A DNA stretch of 64,000 nt from an uncultured Clostridium sp. (GTDB lineage: Bacteria > Bacillota > Clostridia > TANB77 > CAG-508), in assembly GCA_964370905.1 (NCBI GenBank), contig CAYJKK010000001.1, positions 99,749-163,748 of the forward strand, in the 5' to 3' direction. This document shows, one piece after another, positions 18,506 to 28,439 of this stretch. A model generated the notes under the pieces. The model had not been told where the DNA came from, made no database searches, and saw nothing but the letters and a program-made list of their open reading frames with translations. Made by a program: the position numbers and the translations under genes. Each line of letters starts with the position of its first letter. Position 1 is the stretch's first letter.

Positions 18506-19009
18506 TTATGCTTTTTTAGCTAATATTGTAAACATGTTTCTACCTTCTAGTCTAGGTTGTTTTTCAACAGTTGCAATTTCTTCTAATGCAGTAATAAATC
18601 TTTGTAATACTGCTTCACCTGCTTTTGCATTATTTACTTCTCTACCTCTAAATCTAACTGTTATTTTTACTTTGTTTCCGTCTTCAATGAATTTTCTAAC
18701 GTTTTTAGATTTAAAACCAAAGTCATGTTCTTCAATATTAGGAGTTACTCTAATTTCTTTAAGCTCTAAAACTTTTTGTTTTTTCTTAGCTTCTTTTTCT
18801 TTTTTAGATTGTTCAAATTTGTATTTTCCATAATTCATTATTTTACAAACTTGTTGATCTGGCGAAACTAATACTAAATCTAAGTTTTTTTCTTCAGCTA
18901 GTGCTATAGCTTCTTCTAAAGATTTTTTTCCAAGTTTTTCACCTGTTTCTCCTATTAACTGAACTTCTTTAGCTTTAATCTGTCTGTTGATTGGTAATTC
19001 TTGTTTTAT
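18506..19009 (-). CDS. infC: Translation initiation factor IF-3, probable ATA start
   Basis: IKQELPINRQIKAKEVQLIG... is typical IF-3. GGAGGTG at 19016-19022 sits 6 nt before ATA at 19009-19007. The track's TTG start at 19024 lies inside the SD sequence. Confidence 0.85.
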   Translation of the reverse strand: MKQELPINRQIKAKEVQLIGETGEKLGKKSLEEAIALAEEKNLDLVLVSPDQQVCKIMNYGKYKFEQSKKEKEAKKKQKVLELKEIRVTPNIEEHDFGFKSKNVRKFIEDGNKVKITVRFRGREVNNAKAGEAVLQRFITALEEIATVEKQPRLEGRNMFTILAKKA

Positions 19010-19024
19010 ATAAAACACCTCCAA

Positions 19025-19165
19025 TAAAAAAATTGACTATTGTTACAAGTCAATTCAAAAATACTATTAGATAAAATAATTATTTAAAATTATTTTCTAA
19101 AAATATTAAATTCTAACCTTTTCCTTATTTGTAAAGGTGAGAAGTTCGACTTCTTCTTGTAACGA
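19025..19165 (-). promoter_or_regulatory. L20-leader-like transcription attenuator upstream of infC
   Basis: The ~140-nt leader ends in the terminator ATTGACT-9 nt-AGTCAAT plus a run of 7 T (19025-19054). The 5' GUUACAAG (19163-19156) is complementary to CUUGUAAC in the terminator 5' arm and loop (19049-19042). Internal hairpins are AGAAGU/ACUUCU and ACCUUU/AAAGGU. Confidence 0.55.
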
Positions 19166-19170
19166 ATATT

Positions 19171-19200
19171 ATTATAGCATATAAAAATGGTAGCTGTCAA
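19171..19200 (-). promoter_or_regulatory. Sigma-A promoter with extended -10 for the infC operon
   Basis: The minus strand reads TTGACA (19195-19200)-18 nt-TATAAT (19171-19176), with TGc immediately 5' of the -10. Confidence 0.7.
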
Positions 19201-19245
19201 GCATTTTTCCAAAAACTTATTCTAAATCCTCTTATAATTTGTTAT

Positions 19246-20091
19246 TTAAAACATTAACACATATATTATTATACCAATTGATTGTATAGCAAATAAATTC
19301 AACATATTAGATGTAAGTAAATTGTTTGTTGCTTCAACAACTCCTAAAAATTTAGTTTCTTCATTTTTAGTATAGTGTTTTTGTGATTCTATAAAAGTTA
19401 TAAATTCTGGAGCACTTGTTATAATACCTAAAATTATTCCTAGTACTAACTCTGGAATATTAAATCTTAAATTTAATGTATCTAACGTATTTCCTAAAAA
19501 TGTACCTATAATATATAAGACTATGGTTGTACAAATTAAACTTATTATATATTTTACTATCTTTTGTTTATTTCCTCTTTCCCATTTTTCTTCTTTTTCT
19601 ATTTCTAAATTTAATTTTTCAAATTCCTTTTTTAAATATCTTCCTTCTATATATTTATCTATTTTTTTAAATAATATAAATAGTATTAGAAATATCATAA
19701 CGATCCCTAAATTCATTTTAAAATCAAAAACATATAATACTCCTGGTATTAATATCGTTATAATAACTAAAATCATGGTCATTTTAATTGCAGTTTTCTT
19801 TAATACTTTTTTATTGTTGTTTACATATATAGATATTATGTATTGAACAAAATTTATTATATTAGAAAATAATATATTTACAATTCCTGTTGCAATTAAT
19901 CCACTGCTACTAGAAACAATTACTGTTAATAATTCTGGTACAGATGTTGCATATCCCGTTATATCTCCTATCGTTTTTGGAGCTAAATCCAAACTTTCTC
20001 CAAGTTTTCTAAGTAATTTAACTAATATATATTTTGATACTAAAACTAATAATACTGAATAAAAAATAAATTTTAAAATCTCTACTATCAT
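19246..20091 (-). CDS. Sodium/calcium exchanger (CaCA, YrbG-like) family membrane protein
   Basis: 281 aa with two internal repeats carrying GYATSVPELL...NILFSNIINF and GIITSAPEFI...NLLTSNMLNL, resembling alpha-repeat motifs. Confidence 0.55.
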   Translation of the reverse strand: MIVEILKFIFYSVLLVLVSKYILVKLLRKLGESLDLAPKTIGDITGYATSVPELLTVIVSSSSGLIATGIVNILFSNIINFVQYIISIYVNNNKKVLKKTAIKMTMILVIITILIPGVLYVFDFKMNLGIVMIFLILFILFKKIDKYIEGRYLKKEFEKLNLEIEKEEKWERGNKQKIVKYIISLICTTIVLYIIGTFLGNTLDTLNLRFNIPELVLGIILGIITSAPEFITFIESQKHYTKNEETKFLGVVEATNNLLTSNMLNLFAIQSIGIIIYVLMF

Positions 20092-20284
20092 TTCTTATAA
20101 CTTCTCCTATGTATATTTTACCTTATATTTTTGCTTTTATCCTATATTTTATTGTTCTTACTTTATTTCTTATATTTTATCCTATTATTTTTTAATTGTC
20201 TATTTATTTTTTAAAATTTAATTTTTTATTTCCCTCGTTTCACTTAATTTGCTTTATTATCTTTTACTTTAAACTTCATTTTTG

Positions 20285-20313
20285 TTGATATTTACCAATA
20301 ATTAGTATATAAT
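20285..20313 (+). promoter_or_regulatory. Sigma-A promoter for the DUF1653-serS unit
   Basis: TTGATA-17 nt-TATAAT. Confidence 0.55.
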
Positions 20314-20344
20314 ATGTATATTATATTTTAAGGAGGAATTATTT

Positions 20345-20608
20345 ATGAATGAAATACAAATTGGAAAAGCTTACCGTCATTTTAAAGGTAACTATTATTT
20401 TGTAGAAAATGTAGCATTTGATTCAGAAACTATGGAAAGGTTTGTTGTATATAAACCACTATACTCTAGAGAAGATGGGCGCTCCATTTGGATTAGACCT
20501 GAAAAAATGTTTTTAGAAGAAATTCCAGAAAGACCTGATAATATAACAGGGCAAAAAACAAGATTTGCACTTGCAGATGAATTAAATAAAGATTACTTAC
20601 ATAAATAG
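20345..20608 (+). CDS. DUF1653-family protein
   Basis: 87 aa with YRHFKGNYYFV...VVYKPLY. AAGGAGG RBS. Confidence 0.6.
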   Translation: MNEIQIGKAYRHFKGNYYFVENVAFDSETMERFVVYKPLYSREDGRSIWIRPEKMFLEEIPERPDNITGQKTRFALADELNKDYLHK

Positions 20609-20635
20609 TGTAATAACAGTTAGGAGATATATTGT

Positions 20636-21922
20636 ATGATAGATATTAAAATATTACGTGAAAATCCAGAGTTAGTTAAAGAAAATATTAAGAGAAAATT
20701 TCAAAATCATAAATTAGTATTAGTTGATGAAATTTTAGATTTAGATATAAAATCGAGAGAAGTTAAATTACTAGGAGATAATTTAAGAGCTGAGAAAAAA
20801 ACACTTAGTTCAGAAGTTGGTAATTTAATGAAATCTGGAAAAAGAGATGAAGCTGAACAAATAAAATTAAAAGTTCAAGATATAAATAACAAATTAAGTG
20901 AAAATGAAAATTTAGAAAAAGAATATTCTAAGCAAGTTATTGATAAATTAATGAAAATACCAAATTTTATGCATGATTCTGTTCCTATTGGAAAAGATGA
21001 TTCTGAAAATGTTGAAGTAGAAAAATTTGGTGAACCTATTGTTCCAGATTATGAAATACCATATCATGGAGAAATAATGGAAAGCTTAAATGGTTTAGAT
21101 TTAGATAGTGCTAGACGTGTTTCTGGTAATGGTTTCTACTATATGTTAGGAGATGTTGCAAGATTACATTCTGCTGTATTATCTTATGCTAGAGATTTTA
21201 TGATAAATAAAGATTTTATTTATTGTATCCCACCATATATGATTAGAAGTGATGTTGTAGCTGGTGTTATGAGTTTTGAAGAAATGGATGCTATGATGTA
21301 TAAGATTGAAGGTGAGGACTTGTATTTAATTGGTACTAGTGAGCATTCAATGATTGGGAAATTTAAAGATCAAATCTTATCAAAACAGGAAATGCCTTGT
21401 AAAATGACATCTTATTCACCTTGTTTTAGAAAAGAAAAAGGTGCTCATGGTATTGAAGAACGTGGAGTATATAGAATACACCAATTTGAAAAACAAGAAA
21501 TGATTGTTGTATGTGAACCTGAAGATAGTTGGAATTGGTATGATAAAATGTGGTCATATACAGTTGAATTTTTTAGAAGTATGAATATTCCAATTAGAAC
21601 TTTAGAATGTTGTTCTGGAGATTTAGCTGATTTAAAAGCTAAAAGTGTTGATATTGAAGCATGGTCACCAAGACAAAAAAAATATTTTGAAGTTGGAAGT
21701 TGTTCTAATTTAACAGATGCTCAAGCAAGAAGATTAGGAATACGTATCAAAGGTGAAAATACAAACTATTTTGCCCATACTTTAAATAATACAGTTGTTG
21801 CCCCACCTAGAATGTTAATTTCGATTTTAGAGAATAACTATCAAGAAGATGGAAGTGTTTTAATCCCAGAAGTCTTAAGACCATATATGGGTGGATTAGA
21901 AAAAATGATACCTAAAAAATAA
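20636..21922 (+). CDS. serS: Serine--tRNA ligase
   Basis: 428 aa with an N-terminal coiled-coil arm (MIDIKILRENPELVKENI) and a class II core (FRKEKGAHG..., GSCSNLTDAQARRL). Confidence 0.9.
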   Translation: MIDIKILRENPELVKENIKRKFQNHKLVLVDEILDLDIKSREVKLLGDNLRAEKKTLSSEVGNLMKSGKRDEAEQIKLKVQDINNKLSENENLEKEYSKQVIDKLMKIPNFMHDSVPIGKDDSENVEVEKFGEPIVPDYEIPYHGEIMESLNGLDLDSARRVSGNGFYYMLGDVARLHSAVLSYARDFMINKDFIYCIPPYMIRSDVVAGVMSFEEMDAMMYKIEGEDLYLIGTSEHSMIGKFKDQILSKQEMPCKMTSYSPCFRKEKGAHGIEERGVYRIHQFEKQEMIVVCEPEDSWNWYDKMWSYTVEFFRSMNIPIRTLECCSGDLADLKAKSVDIEAWSPRQKKYFEVGSCSNLTDAQARRLGIRIKGENTNYFAHTLNNTVVAPPRMLISILENNYQEDGSVLIPEVLRPYMGGLEKMIPKK

Positions 21923-21979
21923 AAAGCAAGACAACAAAACAAAAATTAAAAATAATAAGAAAATAAAGGAATTTAAAAT

Positions 21980-22567
21980 ATGTTAATAAAAGAACCTAAA
22001 TTTGAAATATCAGCTGTTAGTCCAAAACAATATCCAAATAATGGTTTACCTGAAATAGTTTTAGTAGGTAAATCAAATGTTGGTAAATCTAGCTTTGTAA
22101 ATACTATGATAAATAGAAAAAAACTAGCTAGGACTAGTAGTGAACCTGGTAAAACTCGTCAACTTAATTTTTATAAGATGGATGAATTATTTTACTTTGT
22201 TGACCTTCCTGGGTATGGATATAGTAAAATGTCAAAAAAAGAACAAGAACAAGTTGGGAAATTTATAGAAGAATACTTAACGGTTAGAAACGAAATTAAG
22301 CTAATTATATTTTTAGTTGATATTAGACATTCACCATCAGCTAATGATAAACATATGTATAATTATATTATTTCTTCTGGACTGCCATTTATAATTATAG
22401 CTAATAAAGCTGATAAAATAGCAATTACTAAAGTTGATGATAGTGTTAAAACTCTTCATAAAGAATTAAATCCAATTGGTGATATACCAATATTCCCATT
22501 TTCATCTGAACGAAAAATTTATAAAGACACAATATGGGAATGTATTGAAAAAGAAATCCAAGATTAA
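21980..22567 (+). CDS. engB: Ribosome biogenesis GTPase YsxC/EngB
   Basis: 195 aa with G1 GKSNVGKSS, G3 DLPGYG and G4 NKADK. Confidence 0.9.
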   Translation: MLIKEPKFEISAVSPKQYPNNGLPEIVLVGKSNVGKSSFVNTMINRKKLARTSSEPGKTRQLNFYKMDELFYFVDLPGYGYSKMSKKEQEQVGKFIEEYLTVRNEIKLIIFLVDIRHSPSANDKHMYNYIISSGLPFIIIANKADKIAITKVDDSVKTLHKELNPIGDIPIFPFSSERKIYKDTIWECIEKEIQD

Positions 22568-22638
22568 TGGATTTCTTTTTCATTTTCTATTTTATTTCTT
22601 ATTTTATTTCTTATTTTATTTAAAATTAATATATTTAA

Positions 22639-22902
22639 CTAATATTTTCTGAAAAATATACACGCTTTATATATTATTACTATAAATAATATTAACATAA
22701 GCATTGCATAAAATACAGAAACATTTCCTAAAACAAGCATGCTATAAGTAGCACCTATAATAATTCCAACTATAAATAAAGCAAGTACAGTTAAAATCGC
22801 TATAATAAGATTACCACATCCATTATATTTACATTTCTTTTTGTTTTTTATTCCATAGTAATTCACATCATAATCTATATCACAATCTTTCAAATCTAGC
22901 AC
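22639..22902 (-). CDS. Hypothetical small membrane protein
   Basis: 87 aa with two predicted TM helices after a Cys/Lys-containing N-terminus. Confidence 0.45.
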   Translation of the reverse strand: MLDLKDCDIDYDVNYYGIKNKKKCKYNGCGNLIIAILTVLALFIVGIIIGATYSMLVLGNVSVFYAMLMLILFIVIIYKACIFFRKY

Positions 22903-22962
22903 CTCCTACATAACAAAATTTCATTTTGCTATATTATATAATATGCTATACTTGTAACTTAG

Positions 22963-23157
22963 TTACTTTGTTATTTCTGCTTTTCTCTCTATTTTAGTAA
23001 TTATTTTTTTAGCTTTTTCTCTTTCTAATATAATTACATGCTCACACCCTAAACACTTTAATTTGAAGTCTACTCCTACCCTAGTTATTTCCCAAAGTTT
23101 ACTTCCACAAGGATGGACTTTCTTAGTTCTAACTATATCACCTATATTATATTCCAA
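22963..23157 (-). CDS. DUF951-family protein
   Basis: 64 aa with KKVHPCGS..W.I.R.G.D.KLKCLGCEH. Confidence 0.65.
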   Translation of the reverse strand: MEYNIGDIVRTKKVHPCGSKLWEITRVGVDFKLKCLGCEHVIILEREKAKKIITKIERKAEITK

Positions 23158-23168
23158 ACTTATATCCT

Positions 23169-24812
23169 CTATATTCTTTCAAATCTTTTTTTAATTCTTT
23201 CTTTTCCAAATATTTTCATAATCTCATACATATCTGGTGTGTTTGTTCTTCCTGTAAGAGCTATTCTAAGTACAGTACTTACATCACCAACATGTCCTGG
23301 GTAGTTATCTGGATTTTCTTTATACACTTTTACTTCTTCTGCATATCCAAGTTCTCCTGCCATCTTTTTCATTTTATCAAACCACTCTTGCTTTTCATCA
23401 TTTTCATCATAATATTTTTCTATATATGTTGTTACTATTTTTTTAATAGCTTCTATATTATTAATCGCTTGCCACTCATAATTTATTTCTTTGCTTTCAA
23501 AATTATCATCATACATATATTCAATACTATCATATACGTCTACCCATTTAGAAATATCTTTTCTTGGTTTTTTTGATTCTCTTTCTATATTTAATACTTT
23601 TATAGAATACTCTTTATCTTCTAATAGTTTATATAGTTTTTCATCATATTTTTCAGACCATACTAATGCATTTTCATAAACTCTTTCAGCTTTCCATTTT
23701 GATATTTCAGTTTTACTTACATCTAATAGTTTTACCATATCAAATAAAGCTCCACTAACACTCATTTTATTTAATTGTAATTCAAATTCTGAAATATCTG
23801 TTACTGGATTTGCTCTTCTCCAATTTTCAAATGTTGAGTTTGCAATATTTAATAAATATTCTATTACTGATTCTTTTGGTATTCCTTGTTCTTCATAATA
23901 CATAACTGCAGCTTCCGGATCTAATCTTTTACTTAATTTTCTTTTATTTCCATTATCATTTTTCATAATAGGACCGATATGTGCATATCTAGGAATTTTA
24001 AATCCTAATTCGAAAAATAATTGTAAATGAAGTGGTACAGATGATAACCACTCATCTCCTCTTATTACATGTGTTGTTCTCATTAGATGATCATCTATTG
24101 CATGAGCAAAATGGTATGTTGGAAGTCCATCTGCTTTTATTATTACAACATCTGTGTCATTTTCTGGAAATTCTACATTTCCTTTTATTATATCTTTATG
24201 TTTTATTTTTTTATCTTCTCTCCCTGGTGATTTAAATCTTATAATATATTTTTCTCCTGCTTTAATTTTTGCAATTGATTCTTCTACTGTATTATTTCTA
24301 CATTTTGCCCATATTCCATAATATCCTGGTCTTATTTTTGCAGCTTCTTGTTTTTCTCTTATTTTTTCACCTTCTTCTGGTGTACAAAAACAAGGATATG
24401 CTTTCCCTATTTCTATTAGATATTTTACATATGAATGATATATTTCTTTTCTATCTGATTGCTTATATGGTCCATAGTTTCCAATTTCTTTACCTTCTCC
24501 TATTACACCTTCTTCAGCTCCAACTCCAAATTTAGCAAGTGATGTGGCCATTTCTTCTACTGCGCCTTCTACTAATCTTTTTTGGTCTGTATCTTCTATT
24601 CTTACAAAATATATACCTTCAGTTTGATTAGCCATTTTTTTAGCTACCATTCCTTGATATACCCCACCAATATGTGTTACTCCTGTTGGGCTTGGTGCAA
24701 TTCTTGTAACTATTGCTCCTTCTTTTAAGTTTCTTTCTGGGTATTTATCTTCATAATATGAAATTTCCTTTACATTTGGAAATATTAAATCTGCTAAATC
24801 TTTATAATCCAT
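23169..24812 (-). CDS. gltX: Glutamate--tRNA ligase (long form)
   Basis: 547 aa with IAPSPTG.THIGG (HIGH), RIEDTD and KLSKR (KMSKS). Confidence 0.8.
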   Translation of the reverse strand: MDYKDLADLIFPNVKEISYYEDKYPERNLKEGAIVTRIAPSPTGVTHIGGVYQGMVAKKMANQTEGIYFVRIEDTDQKRLVEGAVEEMATSLAKFGVGAEEGVIGEGKEIGNYGPYKQSDRKEIYHSYVKYLIEIGKAYPCFCTPEEGEKIREKQEAAKIRPGYYGIWAKCRNNTVEESIAKIKAGEKYIIRFKSPGREDKKIKHKDIIKGNVEFPENDTDVVIIKADGLPTYHFAHAIDDHLMRTTHVIRGDEWLSSVPLHLQLFFELGFKIPRYAHIGPIMKNDNGNKRKLSKRLDPEAAVMYYEEQGIPKESVIEYLLNIANSTFENWRRANPVTDISEFELQLNKMSVSGALFDMVKLLDVSKTEISKWKAERVYENALVWSEKYDEKLYKLLEDKEYSIKVLNIERESKKPRKDISKWVDVYDSIEYMYDDNFESKEINYEWQAINNIEAIKKIVTTYIEKYYDENDEKQEWFDKMKKMAGELGYAEEVKVYKENPDNYPGHVGDVSTVLRIALTGRTNTPDMYEIMKIFGKERIKKRFERI

Positions 24813-24890
24813 TCTTATTCTCCTTCAAATTTTATTTATTTATATTTAAATTTTCCTTATTATATCAAATTTTTTTAGTATTTACAAGTT

Positions 24891-24914
24891 AAAAAAAAAC
24901 GGAATAAAATTCCG
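24891..24914 (-). terminator. Terminator downstream of the RNase J gene (bidirectional hairpin)
   Basis: cggaat-aaa-attccg flanked by A9 and T6 runs. Confidence 0.75.
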
Positions 24915-24925
24915 TTTTTTAAAAT

Positions 24926-26929
24926 CTATACTTCCATAATAATTGGTATTATCATTGGATTTCTTTTTGTTTTTGAGAATATATAATCTCTTAATACTTC
25001 TCTTGTATTTACTTTTATTGCTGTCCATTCTCTTACACCATTTTGCTCACACTTTTTAACTTCATTTCTTACTACTGCTTTTACTTCATCCATTAAGTTT
25101 TCAGATTCACGTACATATACAAATCCTCTTGAAATAACATCTGGTCCTGCAATAACTTCTCCTGTTGAAGAATCCATAGTAATAACAATTACTATTAAAC
25201 CATCTTGAGATAAATGTTGTCTATCACGTAATACTACATTCCCTACGTCTCCTACACCTAAACCATCAACTAATATTCTTCCTGCTTGTACTGATGTAGT
25301 CATTTTAGCTTCATTTTTATCCATTTCTAATACTTTACCATTAGAAATCATTAATATATTTTCTTTTTCTACACCCATATTTAGAGCAGTTTCACTATGA
25401 GCTATCAATTGTCTATATTCTCCATGAACTGGTATAAAATATTTAGGTCTTGTTAAAGCAAGCATTAACTTTTGTTCTTCTTGACAGGCATGTCCTGAAA
25501 CATGTATATCTTCTAAAGAACTATATATAACTTCTGCACCAATTTGCATTAAATCATCAATTACTCTTGATACAAATTTTTCATTACCTGGAATTGGTGT
25601 TGCAGATATTATAACTTTATCATTTTGAGTTATTTTAACTTTTCTATGTTCACCTGCCGCCATTCTAGTTAAAGCTGACATCGGTTCACCTTGACTTCCT
25701 GTTGTAATTATTACTAATTGTTCATCAGTATAGTTTTTAACCATATCTATATCTATAAATATATTAGCTGGTGCTTCTATATATCCTAATTCTTTAGCAG
25801 TGTTAATCATGTTTATCATACTTCTACCACATACTGCTATTTTTCTGTTATATTTTACAGCTGAATTTACTATTTGTTGTACTCTATGAACATTTGAAGC
25901 AAAAGTTGCTACGATTATTCTTTTTTTACAATATATAAATAATTTGTCAAACACTTCTCCAACAGTACTCTCTGACATTGTAAATCCTTTTCTTTCTGCA
26001 TTTGTACTATCTGACATAAGTGCCATAATTCCTTGATTTCCAAGTTCAGCAATTCTCCCAAAATCAACTATTTTTCCATCAATTGGTGTATAATCTATTT
26101 TAAAATCTCCAGTGTGTAGTACTGTTCCTGCTGGTGTTGTTATTGCAAGCATCATAGCATCTGGAACACTATGTGAACTTTGAATATATTCTATTTTAAA
26201 GTTTTTTCCAAAAGTTAAAACTTGTCCTGCTAAAACTTCATTAATAGTTGAATTTCTTAATAATTTATGTTCTTCTAATTTGTTTCTAATTAATCCACAA
26301 GCTAATCTTGGAGCATATATTGGCATATTTATTTTTCTAAGTACATATGGTATTGCTCCTATATGATCTTCATGTCCATGTGTTATAACTAATGCTTTTA
26401 TTTTATCTGCATTTTTTTCTAGATATGTTGTATCTGGTATTACTAAGTCTATTCCTAACATATCATCTTCTGGAAATGAAAGTCCACAATCTACAACTAC
26501 TATTTCATTTTCATATTCAAATACAGTTATATTTTTTCCAACTTCATGTAATCCTCCTAATGGAATTATTTTTAATTTACCTTTTTTAAATATGCTTTCA
26601 TTACTTTTTTCTGAAAAGTCTTTACTTGGTGCATTTTGTCTTTTCCCTGGAAAAGCAGGTTTTCTTCTTTCATATTTTGGTTTCTCTTTCTTTACCTTCT
26701 CACCTCTAGTCTCTTCTGTAACTGTTGTTTTTTTCATGTTCCTATTTAATTTAGATACTTCTTTACTTACAGTTCTTTCTGTATTTTCTCCATTTTCTAG
26801 ATTTTCCTTTTTAGCTGAATTTCTAAAAGGTTTAGAGTATTGTCTTTTAGTATTATCTCTTGTTCTCGGTTTTTTTTCTACTTGTTTTTGAACTTCCGAT
26901 TGTTCATTTTGCATGTTATTTTCTTGCAT
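24926..26929 (-). CDS. rnj: Ribonuclease J with a ~110-aa basic N-terminal extension
   Basis: 667 aa. The metallo-beta-lactamase/beta-CASP core starts at KLKIIPLGGLHEVGKN and includes HGHEDHIGA. AAGGAGG lies 5 nt before the annotated ATG. Confidence 0.9.
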   Translation of the reverse strand: MQENNMQNEQSEVQKQVEKKPRTRDNTKRQYSKPFRNSAKKENLENGENTERTVSKEVSKLNRNMKKTTVTEETRGEKVKKEKPKYERRKPAFPGKRQNAPSKDFSEKSNESIFKKGKLKIIPLGGLHEVGKNITVFEYENEIVVVDCGLSFPEDDMLGIDLVIPDTTYLEKNADKIKALVITHGHEDHIGAIPYVLRKINMPIYAPRLACGLIRNKLEEHKLLRNSTINEVLAGQVLTFGKNFKIEYIQSSHSVPDAMMLAITTPAGTVLHTGDFKIDYTPIDGKIVDFGRIAELGNQGIMALMSDSTNAERKGFTMSESTVGEVFDKLFIYCKKRIIVATFASNVHRVQQIVNSAVKYNRKIAVCGRSMINMINTAKELGYIEAPANIFIDIDMVKNYTDEQLVIITTGSQGEPMSALTRMAAGEHRKVKITQNDKVIISATPIPGNEKFVSRVIDDLMQIGAEVIYSSLEDIHVSGHACQEEQKLMLALTRPKYFIPVHGEYRQLIAHSETALNMGVEKENILMISNGKVLEMDKNEAKMTTSVQAGRILVDGLGVGDVGNVVLRDRQHLSQDGLIVIVITMDSSTGEVIAGPDVISRGFVYVRESENLMDEVKAVVRNEVKKCEQNGVREWTAIKVNTREVLRDYIFSKTKRNPMIIPIIMEV

Positions 26930-27310
26930 TTTTCCTCCTTATTTTTCTATACTTTAGTATTTTATTAATAATTCTCCCATTTAAATTTGACTTTTATATT
27001 ATTACTTTCTAAAAAAACAATAAAAAGATATGCTTTATATTTTGCACATTTTTATTTATTAACTTCACATTCCCGCTTTACTAATTTTACACAAAACAAA
27101 GTTTATATGAATTAATATAAACTTCATCTTAGTTATTTTATATTATTATCTCATCATTTTAATTATATACATTAATCTCATTTAATGTGTGGTCTTATTT
27201 AATAAAATCTCTTCTTTAGCCGTTGGCTATTAATATATGTATTATACACTAAAAATCTTTTAAAGTCAAATTAAATTTCTTAACATAAGTTATAGTCTAA
27301 ATAATATTGA

Positions 27311-27355
27311 AAAAAAATAAAAATCAACTCGCTATATTTTATAGTTAGTTGATTT
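27311..27355 (-). terminator. Terminator of the 303-aa gene
   Basis: The aaatcaact/agttgattt stem, with an inner extension, is followed on the minus strand by a T-run. Confidence 0.6.
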
Positions 27356-27401
27356 TTATTTTTATCTTTTTTATTTCATATTTTTTATTATATTTAAGTT
27401 C

Positions 27402-28313
27402 CTATTCTCCTCTACCTTCTGGTAATGCAGAATAATCTAATTTTATTCTTATTTTTGTAATTGCTTTAATTGTTCTTACAAATTTTGAATTTTTAATTTT
27501 TTGCCAAATTGATTGTTTAGCAACAAATGTAGTTTCTTGTTCAAATACTTGTTTTTGTTCTTCCACTGTTTCTTGTTCTACTATTGCTGCAACATTTTCT
27601 TGCACATTAACTTCTGTTTTTGTTTCTACTGTATCTGTAACTTGAGCAACTACTTCTTCAGTTCCATGAACTTTTGTACTAAAGTCTTCTAAAGGTGCTG
27701 GTATTGATTTTAATGCATCTGCTACTTCTATACCAATATAGCTAAGTGCTTTTGATCTATCTTCTATTCTTTCCATATCAATTTCTATATGTAAATTTGA
27801 TTCTAAGTTATTTACTCTAGCTTTTATTAATTTTACTGCATCTTGATAATCTTGAGAATCACTATCTCCAGAATTTCCAGCTATATTTAAAGTATCAATA
27901 ATATCTTCTGTAAAATTTTCTTGTACCTTAACAACTGATTCTTGCCATGCTTCATCACCTATATCAATTAAATCTAATATATTTTCTAATTCTGATGCTC
28001 TAGCAATATTTTGTTCTCTTTGTCTTATTAATTCTTCTATTTTTTTCGTATTTTCCTCAAATTGATTTGTTGCAAACTCAACAAGCCCATATGCAGCTTT
28101 ATATACAGCTATTGGAAAATTTTTCTTTTTTGGATATTCTATTAAATATGTTTTAACTGATTCAATTAAATCCTTAAAAAACATATCATCATCTAATTGA
28201 ACTATTTGTTTTTTACTTTTAGGATTTATCAACTTTTGAATTTTATCTATATTAAATAATATTTTTTCTTCAGTTATAACCATTCTTACACTTACTATGC
28301 CAGATTTAGACAT
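27402..28313 (-). CDS. Hypothetical acidic coiled-coil protein with a basic amphipathic C-terminus
   Basis: 303 aa with an AGGAGG RBS. I recognise no domain. The C-terminal SIWQKIKNSKFVRTIKAITKIRIKL looks like an amphipathic helix. Confidence 0.5.
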   Translation of the reverse strand: MSKSGIVSVRMVITEEKILFNIDKIQKLINPKSKKQIVQLDDDMFFKDLIESVKTYLIEYPKKKNFPIAVYKAAYGLVEFATNQFEENTKKIEELIRQREQNIARASELENILDLIDIGDEAWQESVVKVQENFTEDIIDTLNIAGNSGDSDSQDYQDAVKLIKARVNNLESNLHIEIDMERIEDRSKALSYIGIEVADALKSIPAPLEDFSTKVHGTEEVVAQVTDTVETKTEVNVQENVAAIVEQETVEEQKQVFEQETTFVAKQSIWQKIKNSKFVRTIKAITKIRIKLDYSALPEGRGE

Positions 28314-28439
28314 TGAAATGTACCTCCTTTATCTTACGCGTATCGCTCTTTAATATTTTTTCATTTTAATTATACAAGATAAATTTATAAACTACAAGTA
28401 ATTTCTTTATTTTTTTCTTTACATTTTTGTTACAAAAAT

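Noticed and set aside
20100-20344. T-box leaders upstream of the aminoacyl-tRNA synthetase genes (serS here, gltX at 24813-24925, proS at 40824-40867).
   Set aside because: The upstream regions are too short or lack any T-box sequence or terminator-antiterminator arrangement. I saw only plain promoters.
22588-22622. Three tandem copies of a ~12-nt T-rich unit (TTATTTTATTTC) after engB. Similar T-rich imperfect repeats occur at 20130-20200.
   Set aside because: This is low-complexity AT-rich intergenic sequence with no G/C-anchored core or positional logic. It is probably compositional.
26930-27401. The large 472-bp gap upstream of RNase J, examined for tRNA, RNase P, tmRNA or riboswitch-like elements and small ORFs.
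   Set aside because: I found only weak all-A/T hairpins (for example AAGTTTATAT/ATATAAACTT at ~27098-27123) and a 5-bp TAGCC/GGCTA stem. There are no conserved RNA signatures and no ORF with an RBS. It is probably a long rnj leader, which cannot be resolved by eye.
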